Source of the DNA: Macrostomum lignano
Lineage: Eukaryota
Reading direction: 5' to 3'
DNA length: 64,000 nucleotides
NCBI GenBank assembly: GCA_002269645.1
Contig: NIVC01000462.1
Location: forward strand, 215,516 to 279,515
The notes under the pieces are model-generated. The model saw nothing but the letters and a program-made list of their open reading frames with translations. It ran no database searches and was not told the DNA's origin. Both the position numbers and the translations under genes were made by a program. Shown one piece after another: positions 50,027 through 63,022 of this stretch (its first letter is position 1; each line of letters starts with the position of its first letter).

Positions 50027-52292
50027 GTTTAGCATCTGTCCGCTCGTCCAATGGCGTACAGTCTTCGATTTAACCAATCGGGTGCAGTTCTTCAGTCAAG
50101 ACAAGCTTCTTTTTGAATGTGCATAAGAGAAAATTTTCGGGTGTTCAATTTTCAATCGAGCTGAACGCAGTCGTTTCTCATTGATCGCACATTTATGTTT
50201 GACAACAAACACTAAAACAAAAATAGAATATTCACACACTCCCATCATATTTAGATTTTAATTTAAAGAATATTTTACTGATTTTTTTCACCCGACCAGA
50301 AATCCAGAAGTCTGGTCCCTTTTCAGAAACTTTAAAATTTTAATTAGCTAGCTTAAATGACTCATTGATTCGATATTTTCTACTTTTAGTAGTTAGCATA
50401 GCATTTAAGCTGCCGGCATGATGAAATGAATCCCATTCCAAAATATTATCTACGCTGTGTTCAGCGCAATATTTGAAGACTCTTGCGGATGCGAGCAATG
50501 TGGCTTCTTTCTGGCAAATAGAAGAGAGCATGACCAGATACTTTTCGCATCTTTCGCATCTTTCGCATCACTGCCGATTACCTTGTCTGATCAGATAATT
50601 TTCGTCTTATCTGCATGGCTTGTCCGTTATCTGGTAAATAATCGAAATTTCTCCAGATACGAGTATAGCCACTAAGGACCACTGTAGTAAAAGGACTCCT
50701 GCAGCCACAACTTCCTTTGCTACACAACTTCCTCACTCAGTTAATAATATGTAGCCATATTCAAACTTTGCACGCCTTTTGAGGGTTTAATCATGTTTAA
50801 CAGCATTGTAATAATCAGGTATTGAATGTTATTGCTTAGTACCAAGCTTCTATTGGTCAGTTTGTTTGCTGGCTGTATCAGTCAGATGTGAGCTTGGAGT
50901 TGGACTACTCTACTAATTGACCTAGATCACTAAGTAGAATGCCATTTTGCTCTTATAACTTATGAGCAGACATGCCGACTGTCAAGTACCTGCTGCTGTG
51001 CTCTTCACATGAAATATTAATCGCCTACTGAGAACTCCAAATGCATCGTAGAAAGCAATAGGCACTAAGTGAAGCAAACTCGTGCCATACGTAAAAATCA
51101 TTAGCCATGTCACTGCGCTATCGGAGTAAAGTACCATAATCTTCATTGAAAGTGGCAAAAATCACTAAAACCGGGTAAAAGGTCAGCCAATGTCCCAACA
51201 TTCAGCTGCTAATGTGGTCTAAAAACCATCTTAATATCTTTATCCGAAGAGGCAACATCAAACTTTGAAAATTTGAAACTTTGAAATTAAAACTTTTTTC
51301 TGTGGTTTGTGAGTGCCGAGTCCTTCTACTACAGTGGTCCTTGATAACAACGTGTGAATCTGTTTTGTGTCTTCGTTCGCAGTCTTCGTCTCTCTGTCAA
51401 TCAAGCCGCGTGAGAGAAAATAAGTTATTCCCAGGAAGCTGGGAAGCTGATGCCGATTCTACAGGCTTTCAAACGGGGCTTTGTTTGCCCCAGCTAAAAA
51501 TCATTTGAATCACTTGCTAGCCGTGGCTGAATCAAGGAAGCAGCACTTTCTCCTCTTGCCACTTCCTCTCGCACAGAGTCGGGGAGACGCTGTGAGGATT
51601 CTTCTGCTGCCAGAAACTTTTCTTGGCTCATTCGATTCGATCTGGTAGCGATGCCAGTGGCAGACAGGCTCTGCTTTTGGGCTGCTGTTTCTTCTCAAGA
51701 CTTTTTTCAAAATTGTCTTTGTGTATTTTCATTTATTGAACTGCAGCATCATGTAAACGGGAATCGATGCCCGTGGCTGCAAACAAGAACACAGAGGAAA
51801 CGCGGAGCAGGGAAGGGTATGAAAGCCTATAATCTTTCATAGGCAGACCAAAAGGCGGACCTAGCGGCAGACAGCAACCCAAAGTGGGGCGAGGTCGAGG
51901 GAAACTGATGACAGTAGGGCGATGCCTAACACTAAACTAGCGGCTCATTTTATTGGCATGAAAAGTGGCTACAGCTCCGGAGCTGTCTGTGTTCAGTAAC
52001 TAATACGAGTTAAAAAGACGTGAAACAATTTAATGCCAGTTGTCAATATCCAATATCTAGTTCACATGCTTGCCAAAATATCGGTTCATGTATTTCAATT
52101 TCGAATTTTGCGCATTTCAAAGATGCCATGCATCTGAGTTTCTCAATCAAAAGAACGATTTCCAGGATTGCAGAAAGATTGATTGGATGCAAAAACGGAT
52201 ACATTAAAACGTTGTTATTTTACGGAACTGTTTATTGCAAAATCGTTCTCATGCTGTTTGGCCTCGAAGTCGCTTGTCCGTCCTTGCAAGAC

Positions 52293-53010
52293 TCAGGTTT
52301 TGATGAACACAGCCCATCCGGGTCCGGTCAGGCTGGCTGGCGGGAAGGCGAATGGCAGCAGGCGGCAGGCGAGCAGCTGCTTCGAGAAGACGGCGCCGCT
52401 GCAGTTGGCTCTGGCGCTGCACTGGAGCAGGCAGTCCGCATCGGACTGGGCAGCGGCCGGCCAGGATGAGTCCATGGTAGAGGTCACCGAGATGTCCGAA
52501 TTCTTCAGCACAGTGTAGGCATTGTTGCCTGGAAGTTTTGGTTCCAACAATAGCGTTCTGCAATGTTTCATTCGAAAATCTATGAGAACGGAGCAAGGCT
52601 AACTTACTTGGGTAGTGCAGAGCGAACACGGAGTTGATGGAGGAGCCACCGCAAATCTGCTCTGGGTTTCCCGTACACTGCTTGTTGCACATGCTATCGC
52701 TGAGCTGTCCGTGGAGTCCGTAGGAGCTGCCGCAGAAGCACTGCTTGCCGATCTGCACGCCGAAGTAGGGGAAGCGGCCCAGAGAGCAGACGTTGCTGCA
52801 GAACTCGTGCGACATGTCGACGTCTTGCACTAGGTCGCCTACAGCAATGCTGTACGGCCCCAGATTTTTCAGTCCTTTCAGGCCTGTCAGGTCTCTGTTC
52901 GAGTTACCGCCGTCTTGGTAACAACCGACATAAGAGAAATGAGCCACCCTGCCAGCTGCACAGGTCAGGAGGGCGCACAGCAACGCCGACTCTAACAGTG
53001 AAATTCTCAT
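52293..53010 (-). CDS. Secreted WSC + PAN/Apple-like protein, copy 5 (212 aa, most divergent)
   Basis: Exons 53010-52608 and 52528-52293; open, phase 1. Confidence 0.86.
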
Positions 53011-53654
53011 TCTAATTCACGAATCGCAACAGGTGCAAGCTATCGAATCTCAGCACCCGGAGCTTGGAAGCCTTTCTCAGACCAGTGTCACCCTTTTATC
53101 ATTTTGTGAGTACAGGCATTCAGGTTTTATCCAATTAGACGGGTTCTGCTCACGGAAGATTTTGTTGAAGAGCGGAAAAATTGGGGCTGATTTTGGGCAA
53201 AATTTACGGTACGGAGATAAGAAAATTTCATTTTTTAGCACAAAAACGGCGTAAGTTTTGATTTAAAGCAGATCGGATGCTCGCTCTTCTTGGTAGGATA
53301 ACATGCCAGTTTTATTGCTCTGGTAATTCTTGTAAAGTTTAATTTGTAGAAACAAAACTGATTTTTGTTGTTTAAATTTTATTTACTTACTTTTACACGA
53401 CTCAGGTTAAACTTTAGTCCCAAGTGCTGCCACCGAAGATCAGAAGGCTTTTATAAAACTGAAGGCGGTCAGTTGTACCTTGATATCACCAAAAGGAATA
53501 TTTTAGTCAAGACTTTAGGAGAAGCGTATTAAATGATTCCATATTTGAATAGATGAACATACATTAAATAGTGTACAATTAACTCATGAAAATTATACCC
53601 ATAGTACAGACGTGTCATGTAAAATTTTGTCGTAACTTATTGGGTTTTGCTAAT

Positions 53655-53866
53655 CAGGTGAGTAGCTACAGTCAGGTGAGTAGCTGCAGTCAGGTGAGTA
53701 GCTGCAGTCAGGTGAGTAGCTGCATTCAGGCGAGTAGCTGCAGTCAGGCGAGTAGCTGCAGTCAGGTGAGTAGCTGCAGTCAGGTGAGTAGCTGCAGTCA
53801 GGCGAGTAGCTGCAGTCAGGCGAGTAGCTGCAGTCAGGCGAGTAGCTGCAGTCAGGCGAGTAGCTT
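53655..53866. repeat. 18-bp minisatellite
   Basis: Unit CAGG(T/C)GAGTAGCTGCAGT. Confidence 0.95.
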
Positions 53867-55499
53867 TGCTTCGTGGTGCGTTCTATGCAATATCTCGAGA
53901 AGCGTAGAGCTGACTGCTGAATCGTGACGCATCTGCCCTTGTTTGACGTAGTGGTCTACAGCGCATGGCGATATTCTTTTAGTGTCGGACTGAACTGCTT
54001 GCTTGTGCTTGCCTTAGGCTGTAGTAAAGCAGCCTGATTATATCATGATTGATTTCGGTATGCTCCATATCTGTCTTGCAATGTTTTAACTTCTGTATAT
54101 AATTATAACTTTTTATTCAACGCTATCAGCAGCTTCCGGGTCAGTATAACGAGGATTTCTGTACCTGCAAAACTAGCTACACCTGCGTAAATGTACATCT
54201 TTCATGCAAGCGCCAACGCGGGCGTTTCATAGTCTTCAATTTTAAAAAAATCTTACATAGTCTCGAAATATCACCGGCTAAAAACTTCAAGCGCTCGAAC
54301 TTTCAAATTGTCGAAAGTATTTTTAATAGCCACTCCTGCCAGATCAAAGCTTCATCATTAGGAAAATTACAAACGGTAGGGGGCGATGTCGAGTATAGTG
54401 AGGCAGTGGCAGAAAACGAGCAGAGTCGATTTGCTTTTAGAAGAAATCACTGAACAGGTTGAGCAGCTGAGGTGAATGATTTGTCAGCAGGCAAGTCACG
54501 GCTGGCAGCAGGTGATGTATGAAAATGGAAAGGCCTACAATTTTTATCAGCCGTCGCCGATGCAAAAATTTCACAGGTATGACAATTCGCTTAACTCGAT
54601 AACAACCCAAGATTGCATGTTTGCAAGCGCATAGTACGAGTCCAGTCCATTGTTGTCCAGTCCATTGTTGTCCAGACCATTGTTGTCCAGTCCATAGCAT
54701 CAGACAAGGCTCTGTTTCTCAATGCCGATCTGGGTGGGGGCCGTGACCGTGGCGCCCCTGTGACTGCAAGACATGGAGAGACTTTGTCAATTTCTACTTC
54801 CGACCAGAAAACTTTCTCGGGGCTATCTAAACCCAACTCTTTCTCTGACTAGTGCTATTCCTGTAGCTTTGAGACAATTCGAGAAGGAAGTCTTCTGTCT
54901 CTTTGTTTCAGCGCTTCTTTTGTGTTTTTCAACTCGCTTTCTTTGCATGCCCCGGGCACGAGAAAACTTTCTCTCGGGAAGTCAAAAAAACTCGTTTGTA
55001 TAGGCTTCTAACATGAAGGCTCTTGGTTTGGTTGAGGCAAAAACGCTTCTCCTTGCGGGATGTTTAAAACAAAAGAAACTTCCTCCTGATCTCTCTCACC
55101 TTTAGATAGAGATTGACTGGGGTTTTAGCTTCTCTATCAGCATGACTCTTCCATTCTCCACCGAGTTGGGAGGCGAAAATGAAGCACATAGGCTTTTTGA
55201 AGCTGCTATGCGGTTTTAATAAATTGCATGGTTCTTGTTTTGTTGTTTAATTTATTTGTTATATATATGGCAATTTAGCTTAAACAGCAATCTAGTGCCC
55301 CCCTTCGGGGCGCCCAATAAGCAAGGAGCAAATTTTTTTCATAAACCACCTTATTCGAGTAAAATTGTCACGGACAAAGATGTTTGCTATGAATCTCTTT
55401 TTTCTAAAAGTAACAAAAAGACAATGAAAAAAAGCCTTCACAAACAAAACAGGGATTCCCCCTTAATAGAAAACATCCCCAAGACTGCAAGCCGCCCCT

Positions 55500-57000
55500 A
55501 GATACCAAGCATCCCCCAGATAGCAAGCATCCCCAGTTAGCAAGCATCCCCCAGTTAGCAAGCATCCACCAGAGACAGCAAGTAGCTAGTGCAACTATTT
55601 CCTCGGCTAATGCAACAATTGCTTTCTCAGGTAGTGCAATAATCCATGTCTCAGCTAGTGCAACAGTTCTTTTTTTCAGCCAGTGGACTAATTCCTTTCT
55701 CATCTAGTGCAATTATCCTTTACTCATCAAGTGCAATAATCCTTTACTTATCAAGTGCAATAATCCATGCCTCAGCTAGTGCAATAATCCCTTACTCATC
55801 AAGTGCAATAATCCCTTTCTCGTCTAGTGCAATAATCGATGTCTCATCAAGTGCAATAATCATAGTCTAGCAATTTGACGATCATTATACGAATTTTTAT
55901 GCAGAACAATACATTACTACAAACAATGCATTGTCTGTAGGATCCTCAAACAGAAAAACAATGCAAAGAATGGAGGAATCTAGCACGCTGACGAGTGCGT
56001 CAATGGCTGAAACACGAGTGCGCGTAGCGCTCGATGGTTTTTGCCATAGACGCACAAGTCAAAGTGCTTGATTCCCATTCTTATTTGATCCAACATGTGT
56101 GGCTAAAGTAGACAAGGGTGGAGCTGGGTATGGAGTTAGACTTGACCATAGACAAAATATGTGCGAGCTAGTCTGAACATTCTTGCACGATGGAAAGAAG
56201 ATTATGCTTGTAGTCTATGGCTGTTATGCTAAATATAGAAACATTGCGCATTACATTCTTGCACGATTGACATTCCTGCACAGAGTGCACATGTAAATTC
56301 AAGGTGCTTTTACCATATACGCTTGCATTTCTGCACGCATATGGCGACTTCCAAAGCATTCTTGCACGCTGGATCAAATAAGAATCAGCGGTCGCAGCAC
56401 GTGACAACGATTTGTCTATGGCTCTCGCCTACCGGCGGTCGCCAGACAATCGTTGTCACGCACTGGGACGGCTTATTAAGTAACGGAGTGAAAATAAATG
56501 GCAACTGATGGATATATCAAAAAGTCCCATTTATACAAGTGCCTATGGCAAAAAATGCTTTCGCGTTCTTTTTTTCTTTCGTGTTTCGTCTCAAGCATTC
56601 ATTGCCTTAGCACTGGTATAAACGGGGAAATATATACCATTTATCCATTGTCTCATTAAGTGCAATAATCTTTTACTCATCAAGTGCCATAATCCATGTC
56701 TCAGTTAGTGCAATAATCGATGTCTTAGCAAGCGCAATAATCCTTTACTCATCAAGTGCAATAATCCATGTCTCAGTTAGTGCAATAATATTTTACTCAC
56801 TAAGTCCAATAATCATTGTCTAATCAAGTGCAATAATCATTGTTTAGCAATTTGACGATCATTATTCACATTTTTAATGCAGAACAATCCATTACTACAA
56901 ACAATGCATTGTCTGTAGGATCGTCAAACAGAAAAACAACGCAAAGAATCAGCGGTCCCAGCTAGTGCAATAATCCTTTACTCACCAAGTGCAATATAAT
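55500..57000. repeat. Mixed 18-bp and 21-bp degenerate repeats with an internal direct duplication
   Basis: AGCAAGCATCCCCCAGTT units at ~55500-55570; AGTGCAATAATC-core 21-mers at 55585-55870 and 56655-56840; block ~55860-55970 repeated at ~56835-56950. Confidence 0.8.
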
Positions 57001-58100
57001 AATGTCTATGGTCAAGTCTGTTTCCGATACGCTGATAAATAGAGTTAAGCCATAGATAAAATTCTATGATAAGACAAGACGCGCGCGTGTTACTTTATTC
57101 TGTGGAGGGACGATACAGAGTCTTGTTACCACTCTGATCTGCTTCCTAAGTCTAGAAGCTACGCCAACCATCGTGGTAAACTTCAATGGAACGTTTCAAA
57201 ACTGCACGTTCAATGTATCTGGTATATATCTGAATAGGTCTGGGTCTGGGGGCGCCAGCACCTGGGGCGCCAGCACTAGAAACGCCTGCACTAGCATTCA
57301 TATTTTCATCCAATCAGACGGGTTCTGCGCATGGGGCAATTATGTAAAAGAACGAGAAACTTTGTTTTTTTAGAAAAAATGGGGCTGATTTTGGGCAAAA
57401 GTTCATGACCCTGGCAGGATCAGCACCCTTAATAGGGTACGGTGACAGAAAAATTTCATTTTTCAGCGCAAAAGTAGCGTCAGTTTTAATTGAAAGCAGA
57501 TCAAATGCTCGCTCATCTTGGTAGCATAACTTGCATGTTTTATTGCTGTATTGATTCTTGTAAAGTTTTGTTTGTGAAAACAAGAGAATTACTATATTTT
57601 TTATTTACTTACTTACTGTGAGAACATGACTTGAGCTCAAACTTTAGTCTCACGTGCTGCCACCGGGGATCAAAAGGCCTTCAGTGCGGTCAGTTATACC
57701 TTGCTATCACCAAAAAGAATGTTTGAATTCAACACTACAAGAAATGTAAACCAAATTATTACACAAGCAGAAACGCGTTAATATTGTACCATGTAAAGTG
57801 ACATGCCTGACTTTCTAGCCAACAGGCATGTCACTTTCTGTGCCTTGAGGTTAATGGTTGGATGGGGAAACAAAACTGGAGGTGACGGCAGCGAAGATTC
57901 GAAAATAAAAAAATTCCGGCTTGCAGACATCATGGCAGTGTGAGTAGGCCTAGAACTATTGCCAATTTTAATCGGTCAAAATATTTTATGTATTATTCCA
58001 GTAGATCAGATCACCGAAAACGTTTCTGCTGAAATGCGTTTTGCTAACTGCAAATTCCTTTCGTAAATAGGGTTCCTCAGCACTGTGTTTTTTTTATATT

Positions 58101-58345
58101 TGAGCGAAGCCACCAAGTGAGCACACACTGCTGCAGAGCTCGTGCGACATGTCTGTGTTGCTCACACACCTGCTGCTAACGATTTCGAATTCGCCTATCC
58201 TTGCGACACCGCTTAGCCCGTTCAAGTCTCTAACTCAACCAGTGAAGTCCACGTAGCAGCCAACGTTGGAGAAGCGGACGACCCTGCGTGCCTCGCAGGT
58301 CAGGAGGGTGCAGACGAGAACTGGCAGTTTTGGCAGCCAAAGCAT
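58101..58345 (-). pseudogene. WSC copy 6, nonsense and 3'-truncated
   Basis: ATG 58345 MLWLPKLPVLVCTLLTC..VGCYVDFTG* (in-frame TGA); homology ends at ~58101; close to copy 4. Confidence 0.88.
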
Positions 58346-58909
58346 GCTTTGAGCTGCTCAACTGCAAGCTACTCGGCTGGAGCGCGCGAGTTTGAGCGTT
58401 TAAAGTTGAGCAGCTGTACGCTCGTCACGGACTACTTCATTGTCGTTTATTAAAGTAGTCCGTGACGCTCGTACAGCCGCAAGGAATTTTTCCGCTGTCC
58501 AGTGGCGTCGCAGCTTCCATTTAATATTGCTAAGATTAGTCTTCTAAAGTTTCTGCAAACAATCGGGCCAGCAAAAATTTGTGCGATTGATCCTTACGTA
58601 GTTGGACTTCTTTCGCCGCACGCTTATTGCTAATTATTCAAGATAAAACGGCAGTTCTCTGTCGCTCTAGCTACATCCCGACATCCCAAGTATGATTTGA
58701 AAGTTTATTATTCTACTTTGATTAAAATAAAATAAAAAAGTAACACATTAAAGCTCACAATTTACCTTCCGCGGCTTCGATAATACTCCAGTATCTTGCC
58801 TTACTCTGCTGCGCACTGATCATTGAGTGTTGAAGTGGCAGCTTTTGAGTCTCTCCAAAACATGGACCTTTTGTTCTTCATCCGACTGGGCAGCTTGTTG
58901 GCCAGCCAG

Positions 58910-61400
58910 TTGGCCGAGGCTGCCGGCTCAGAAGACGCCGAGCCCCGCGACACACGAGAGCCAGGCGAGCGCTGCCCTTGGTCGGGTCTGGTGACGCGGA
59001 AGCCCTATGTAGGTAAGACACCGCGCTGAGGCTTGACTGCACACTGGAGTAGGACGCCGGTCCACGTTGTAACAGGAACGAGACAAATTGGCAGACATCA
59101 GACTCGGAGGCGGCGGTCGCGGGAACTCGACGCTGCCGGCAGAATTCGTTCCAGGCTTGTAAGCGGCTCGCATAGGACTTCCTGGAACTAGGCGCTAGTG
59201 ACAGGCGGCACAGAGCGAACACAGACACGGTGGAGCGGAGCGGAGCGCGGCTGCGACCTGCGAATGAAGAGCGGTGCGAGACACGGCAGAAATGGTGTGG
59301 GAAGCAAATTCGAAAGGACAAATGCATAAAGAGCCGTAAAGACGGCAGCAAAAATTAATGAGCTCTCTGCTCGAGCCCCCATTCTAGAAGCGGAGTCGCT
59401 CAGCAGCTGCATCTGGCCAGGAAGGTGGAACGCCTGGAGCTGAATTCCCGACGTGAGGCACACGAGAGCAACGGTCTGATAGATGCGAATGAGCAGAGGA
59501 TGCCGACAGGACAGCTTATTGACCATGCCGACGGCAGCAGTGCTGTCCGAGTAAATCACCACGCGGCTGTTCCTAAGCTGCTCGCGGAAGCGCAGGATGG
59601 TAAGCAGCGGAGCCAGCGCCTCCTTGTGGTTGATGTGAAGGTCGCGGAACTTGCTCTCAAAGTCCTTCTCCCAGCTGAAGTACGTCCAGTCACTGAATTC
59701 GCTGCCAAAGACGATGCCAGCAGCACCCTCGCAACTGCTATCAGATTCGATGGCCACAAGTTGACGAAAACGGGGGCGAATGACCGTCGGCGGCAGAGAA
59801 CTCACGACGCGCAGCCACCAGAGGAAGAGGTTGCGAAGCTCAGATGGCAGCCGGGTGTCCATTCTGCAGCTGAGGATGTCGAAGAGCGGGCGCAGGAAAG
59901 GACGCAACAGCCTGTTGATCTGGCTGAGCCAGCACAACTTACCGGCCAGTTTTTCGAGCTGCTTCAGTTTAACAACGTCACGTGACAGGCAATCGTTCAG
60001 CAGTTTCCGAATGTCGTCTTTCTTGTTGCTTGGAAGTGACAGGGTGCCGTTCACAGTGTCAACCAGCACGCCGAGAAACACAACGTGTTGAGCTGGAGCC
60101 ACGGTCTTCTGCCAGTTGATGTCGAAGCCTAAGTTCTGCAGCAGATCAACCAGATAATTGAAGGCCTCCTGAGCCGCTTCTTCAGTATCACCGGCGACTG
60201 CCCAGTCGTCCAAGTAGTTGACGGTAGCTGTGAAGCCAATGCTGAACATGTGGCGCTTGATGCAGGCCGATAAGCGATGGAAAATCTCACATGACGCTCG
60301 AGCACCAAAGGGCAACCGAGTGTCAACGAGCACCGAGTCATCGCTGTCGGCAGAGAACCGCCAGCTGAGGCCCGTGAGCACCTGGTCGTCAGGGTGAATA
60401 CCGACGGAACGATAGGCCTGCTTGAGGTCGATTTTGCCGATAAACGAGTTTGGGCGAAGATAGCGGGTCAGGTCTTGGACAGAGGCGAAGCGCAGCCCCT
60501 TTTCCTGCTCATAGCTGTCGTTGACGGAGGACCCCGAAGGTCTAGAAAGGTCATGAATGACCCAGACACTGCCGTCAGATTTTGGAATCGCCCCGATGGC
60601 GTTTACCATGACAGGGCCATTGGCGAGCTGCAAGCGGCCGAGACGGAGCTCCTCGGCGAGCTGTTCACCAACCTACTTGGCTTGGTCCAAGGCCGATCGG
60701 TAGTTGGCGGAGCGGGCAAGAAAAGGCGGCGATCTATTGATGAGCCGAAAGCCGTAGCTAAGGCCGCTGCGAAGAAAATCTTCGTCTTGGTCACCCAGAA
60801 GCAGCGGCTCCCAGGCGGCAAGGTTCATGTCGGACGACAGAGCGCGGCGCGGTGGAGAGAGCAGGGTGCGAGCAGGGCAATGAGCAGATGGAGGCAAGAT
60901 AAAAGGTGACGGCGAACGGGGGTTAAAAGCAGGGCGGCTATAAAAAAGATCTAGTTTTTTGCTCCCTCCACAGCGTCGCCGCCGACGCTGGCCGGACGGT
61001 GCTGGTGTGCGGGGTGCGGCCGGCCGCAGTCGCGCAGCTTGCAGACGTGACGGTACCTACAGGAGGACCGCTGGCAGCCGGCAGGGGAGTTGTAGCTTAG
61101 GCAGATGGGAGCTTGCGACTGGTTGGATGCTGGTCTGCTTAGGGTGACTTTTAAGTTTCTTGGTGCGTTAAGGTGTCGGTGGTACAGCTGTGGAGGCTCG
61201 CAGCCCCATCGATGCGAATCCGAGTCTGCGATCAACTTTCTGTAATCCTCATCGAATTCCCACACGACACTTGGGCTGTAGTTAGCGTCTAAGAGCTCGC
61301 CGATCTTCTGTGAGTACTCCAGATAGCCTTTTAGTTCGTCAACATTGACAGATCCATCCTCATTAATGTGAATCAGCGACCCATCATCAACTAGTAATTA
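58910..61400 (-). mobile_element. DIRS/Ngaro-type tyrosine-recombinase retrotransposon, truncated
   Basis: Gag C-terminus with Cys/His cluster (C..YN...C....C.Y.H.C..C...H) at ~61400-60951; RT-RNase H (DLKQAY, LPFG, YLDD, HINHKEA, SDS) at 60897-59188 with one in-frame TAG at 60673-75; overlapping YR N-terminal/core-binding fragment at 59351-~58910. Confidence 0.9.
59188..60897 (-). pseudogene. DIRS-type reverse transcriptase-RNase H ORF with a single premature stop
   Basis: ORFs 60897-60673 and 60633-59188 are in one frame, separated only by the TAG and 13 sense codons. Confidence 0.87.
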
Positions 61401-62890
61401 GTTTGCAGTGGCCTCTGAATCATGACTTGGCTAAAAGATATCCATAGCTAAAAGTGCATTTTCATCTCCATCTAGCTGGAAGCAACACTGCTCGGGTTTT
61501 CCCAGAATCCAACGGTAGCACCTGCCAGACATCAATCCTACATTGCACGCACAAAGGGAAGGATCTGTTAACTGTCATGCAGACATTGTGCTATTTGAAT
61601 TCCAAGTGCTCATTAAATTTGGCTGAGAGGCAAAGCCAGCATCAATCATTTTCAACTGCATCACAATCGTCCTACTAAGTCAGTTCTAGTTAAGGCTCTG
61701 TCTGAATTTATTCTTTTTTGCTTCTCACAGAAGCAGTTATTTGCCATTACGAGCTAAATCGATTTTTTGAGAAACTTCGCACCTGCATTTCCGATTCTCA
61801 GATAATTTTTACGCTGAGAGGATTTGATGGGCTATACAGCTTCCAATGCTTCCTCATTCAAGCTTGTAAGCCGTAAATCTTTCCCATCCGCAATAAAATG
61901 CGTGAAATGTTGGCACAGCTGTTCTGAATCTGTGGAAACTCGCTTTTTAACTGACTGCAGAACAAATGGCAGCTCTCGCTTCTCTGCAAGATCATCGTAT
62001 ATTGGAGTGATTACCGGGCCGCGCACTGAGTGGCAGACTTGACTGCGGCAGCGGCTGGCTGGCGAGGAGGCGCCGGGGCCTTCGATATACAGATTGTTCG
62101 GCTTCACCACGGTGTAGAAGTTGTTTGAAAGAAAGCAAATTTGTTGGTCGAATGATGCATAAACATTTGGGGTTTGCCTGTGTGGAAATGAGGTTGACTT
62201 GAGACTGTCGATAGGCTGTTGTAGTGACGATCAGAATAGTGATGAGAGATAATAAATAAAGAAAACACCACTAAGCCAAATAGCTTCATAGATGTCGTCA
62301 TATAGTCGAACCAACCGCTTGTTTCGGCACTCTAAAAATAATTCGTTTCTACTTTTATCTTCTCTAATGTGCTTGGCAAAATCAAAAATCATATCAGGCT
62401 CCCCACCACTTAAATCTCGAGTACCAAATGTTTTCGGGTGACCTAGCAACAAAATATCCCATGTCTCAAATTGTTAAAGACCATAAACGACTAAATTTAT
62501 GTGGTGATAAATAATTGCGTTTTTTCTATCCTCAAAAGTACGAGTAGGAGTAATTGGAATCTTTATGTATCACAAAATACGAAGGTGAAGAATAACAACA
62601 TCAAAACTTTTGAAATTCGTGCATTCGAGCGTTGGAAACTCGGAGCAATAGTACTAGTAATTTACTTGTAGAAAATTAAATACACCGCTTTTTGTAAAAA
62701 GTTTTTTCCTTAAGCCTTACAAGTCCTCATGGTTCATCCTATATCCAGAAGGACTTCTGTACTTCTGTTGGCTCCAGAAGCCACAGAAGTACGCGTACGA
62801 GCATCTGCAATTTTACAGACGATGTCCTGTGTGTGCTTTCTGACTTGTCAGGGGGGGATTGTCACTGACTATTGACTGGCTGACTATTAA

Positions 62891-63022
62891 AGGCACGTTC
62901 ACACTGCCATCAAAAAACGACCAAATTTCTTGTGATTACAGAACTTGTACATCAAATTTGATTTCTTTTGTACATTGGTCGTGTGATTTGGTGGCTCGTT
63001 TGATGGCAGTGCAAATGAGCCT
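62891..63022. mobile_element. PIF/Harbinger MITE
   Basis: 24-bp imperfect TIR AGGC..TT..CACTGCCATCAAA; TAA TSD on both sides. Confidence 0.82.

Noticed and set aside
57640-57680. GLLIPGGST resembling a class I glutamine amidotransferase strand
   Set aside because: Nine residues in a stop-riddled frame; the catalytic Cys/His context is not visible.
59425-60909. 186- and 171-aa + strand ORFs
   Set aside because: Antisense shadows of the GC-rich DIRS pol frame.
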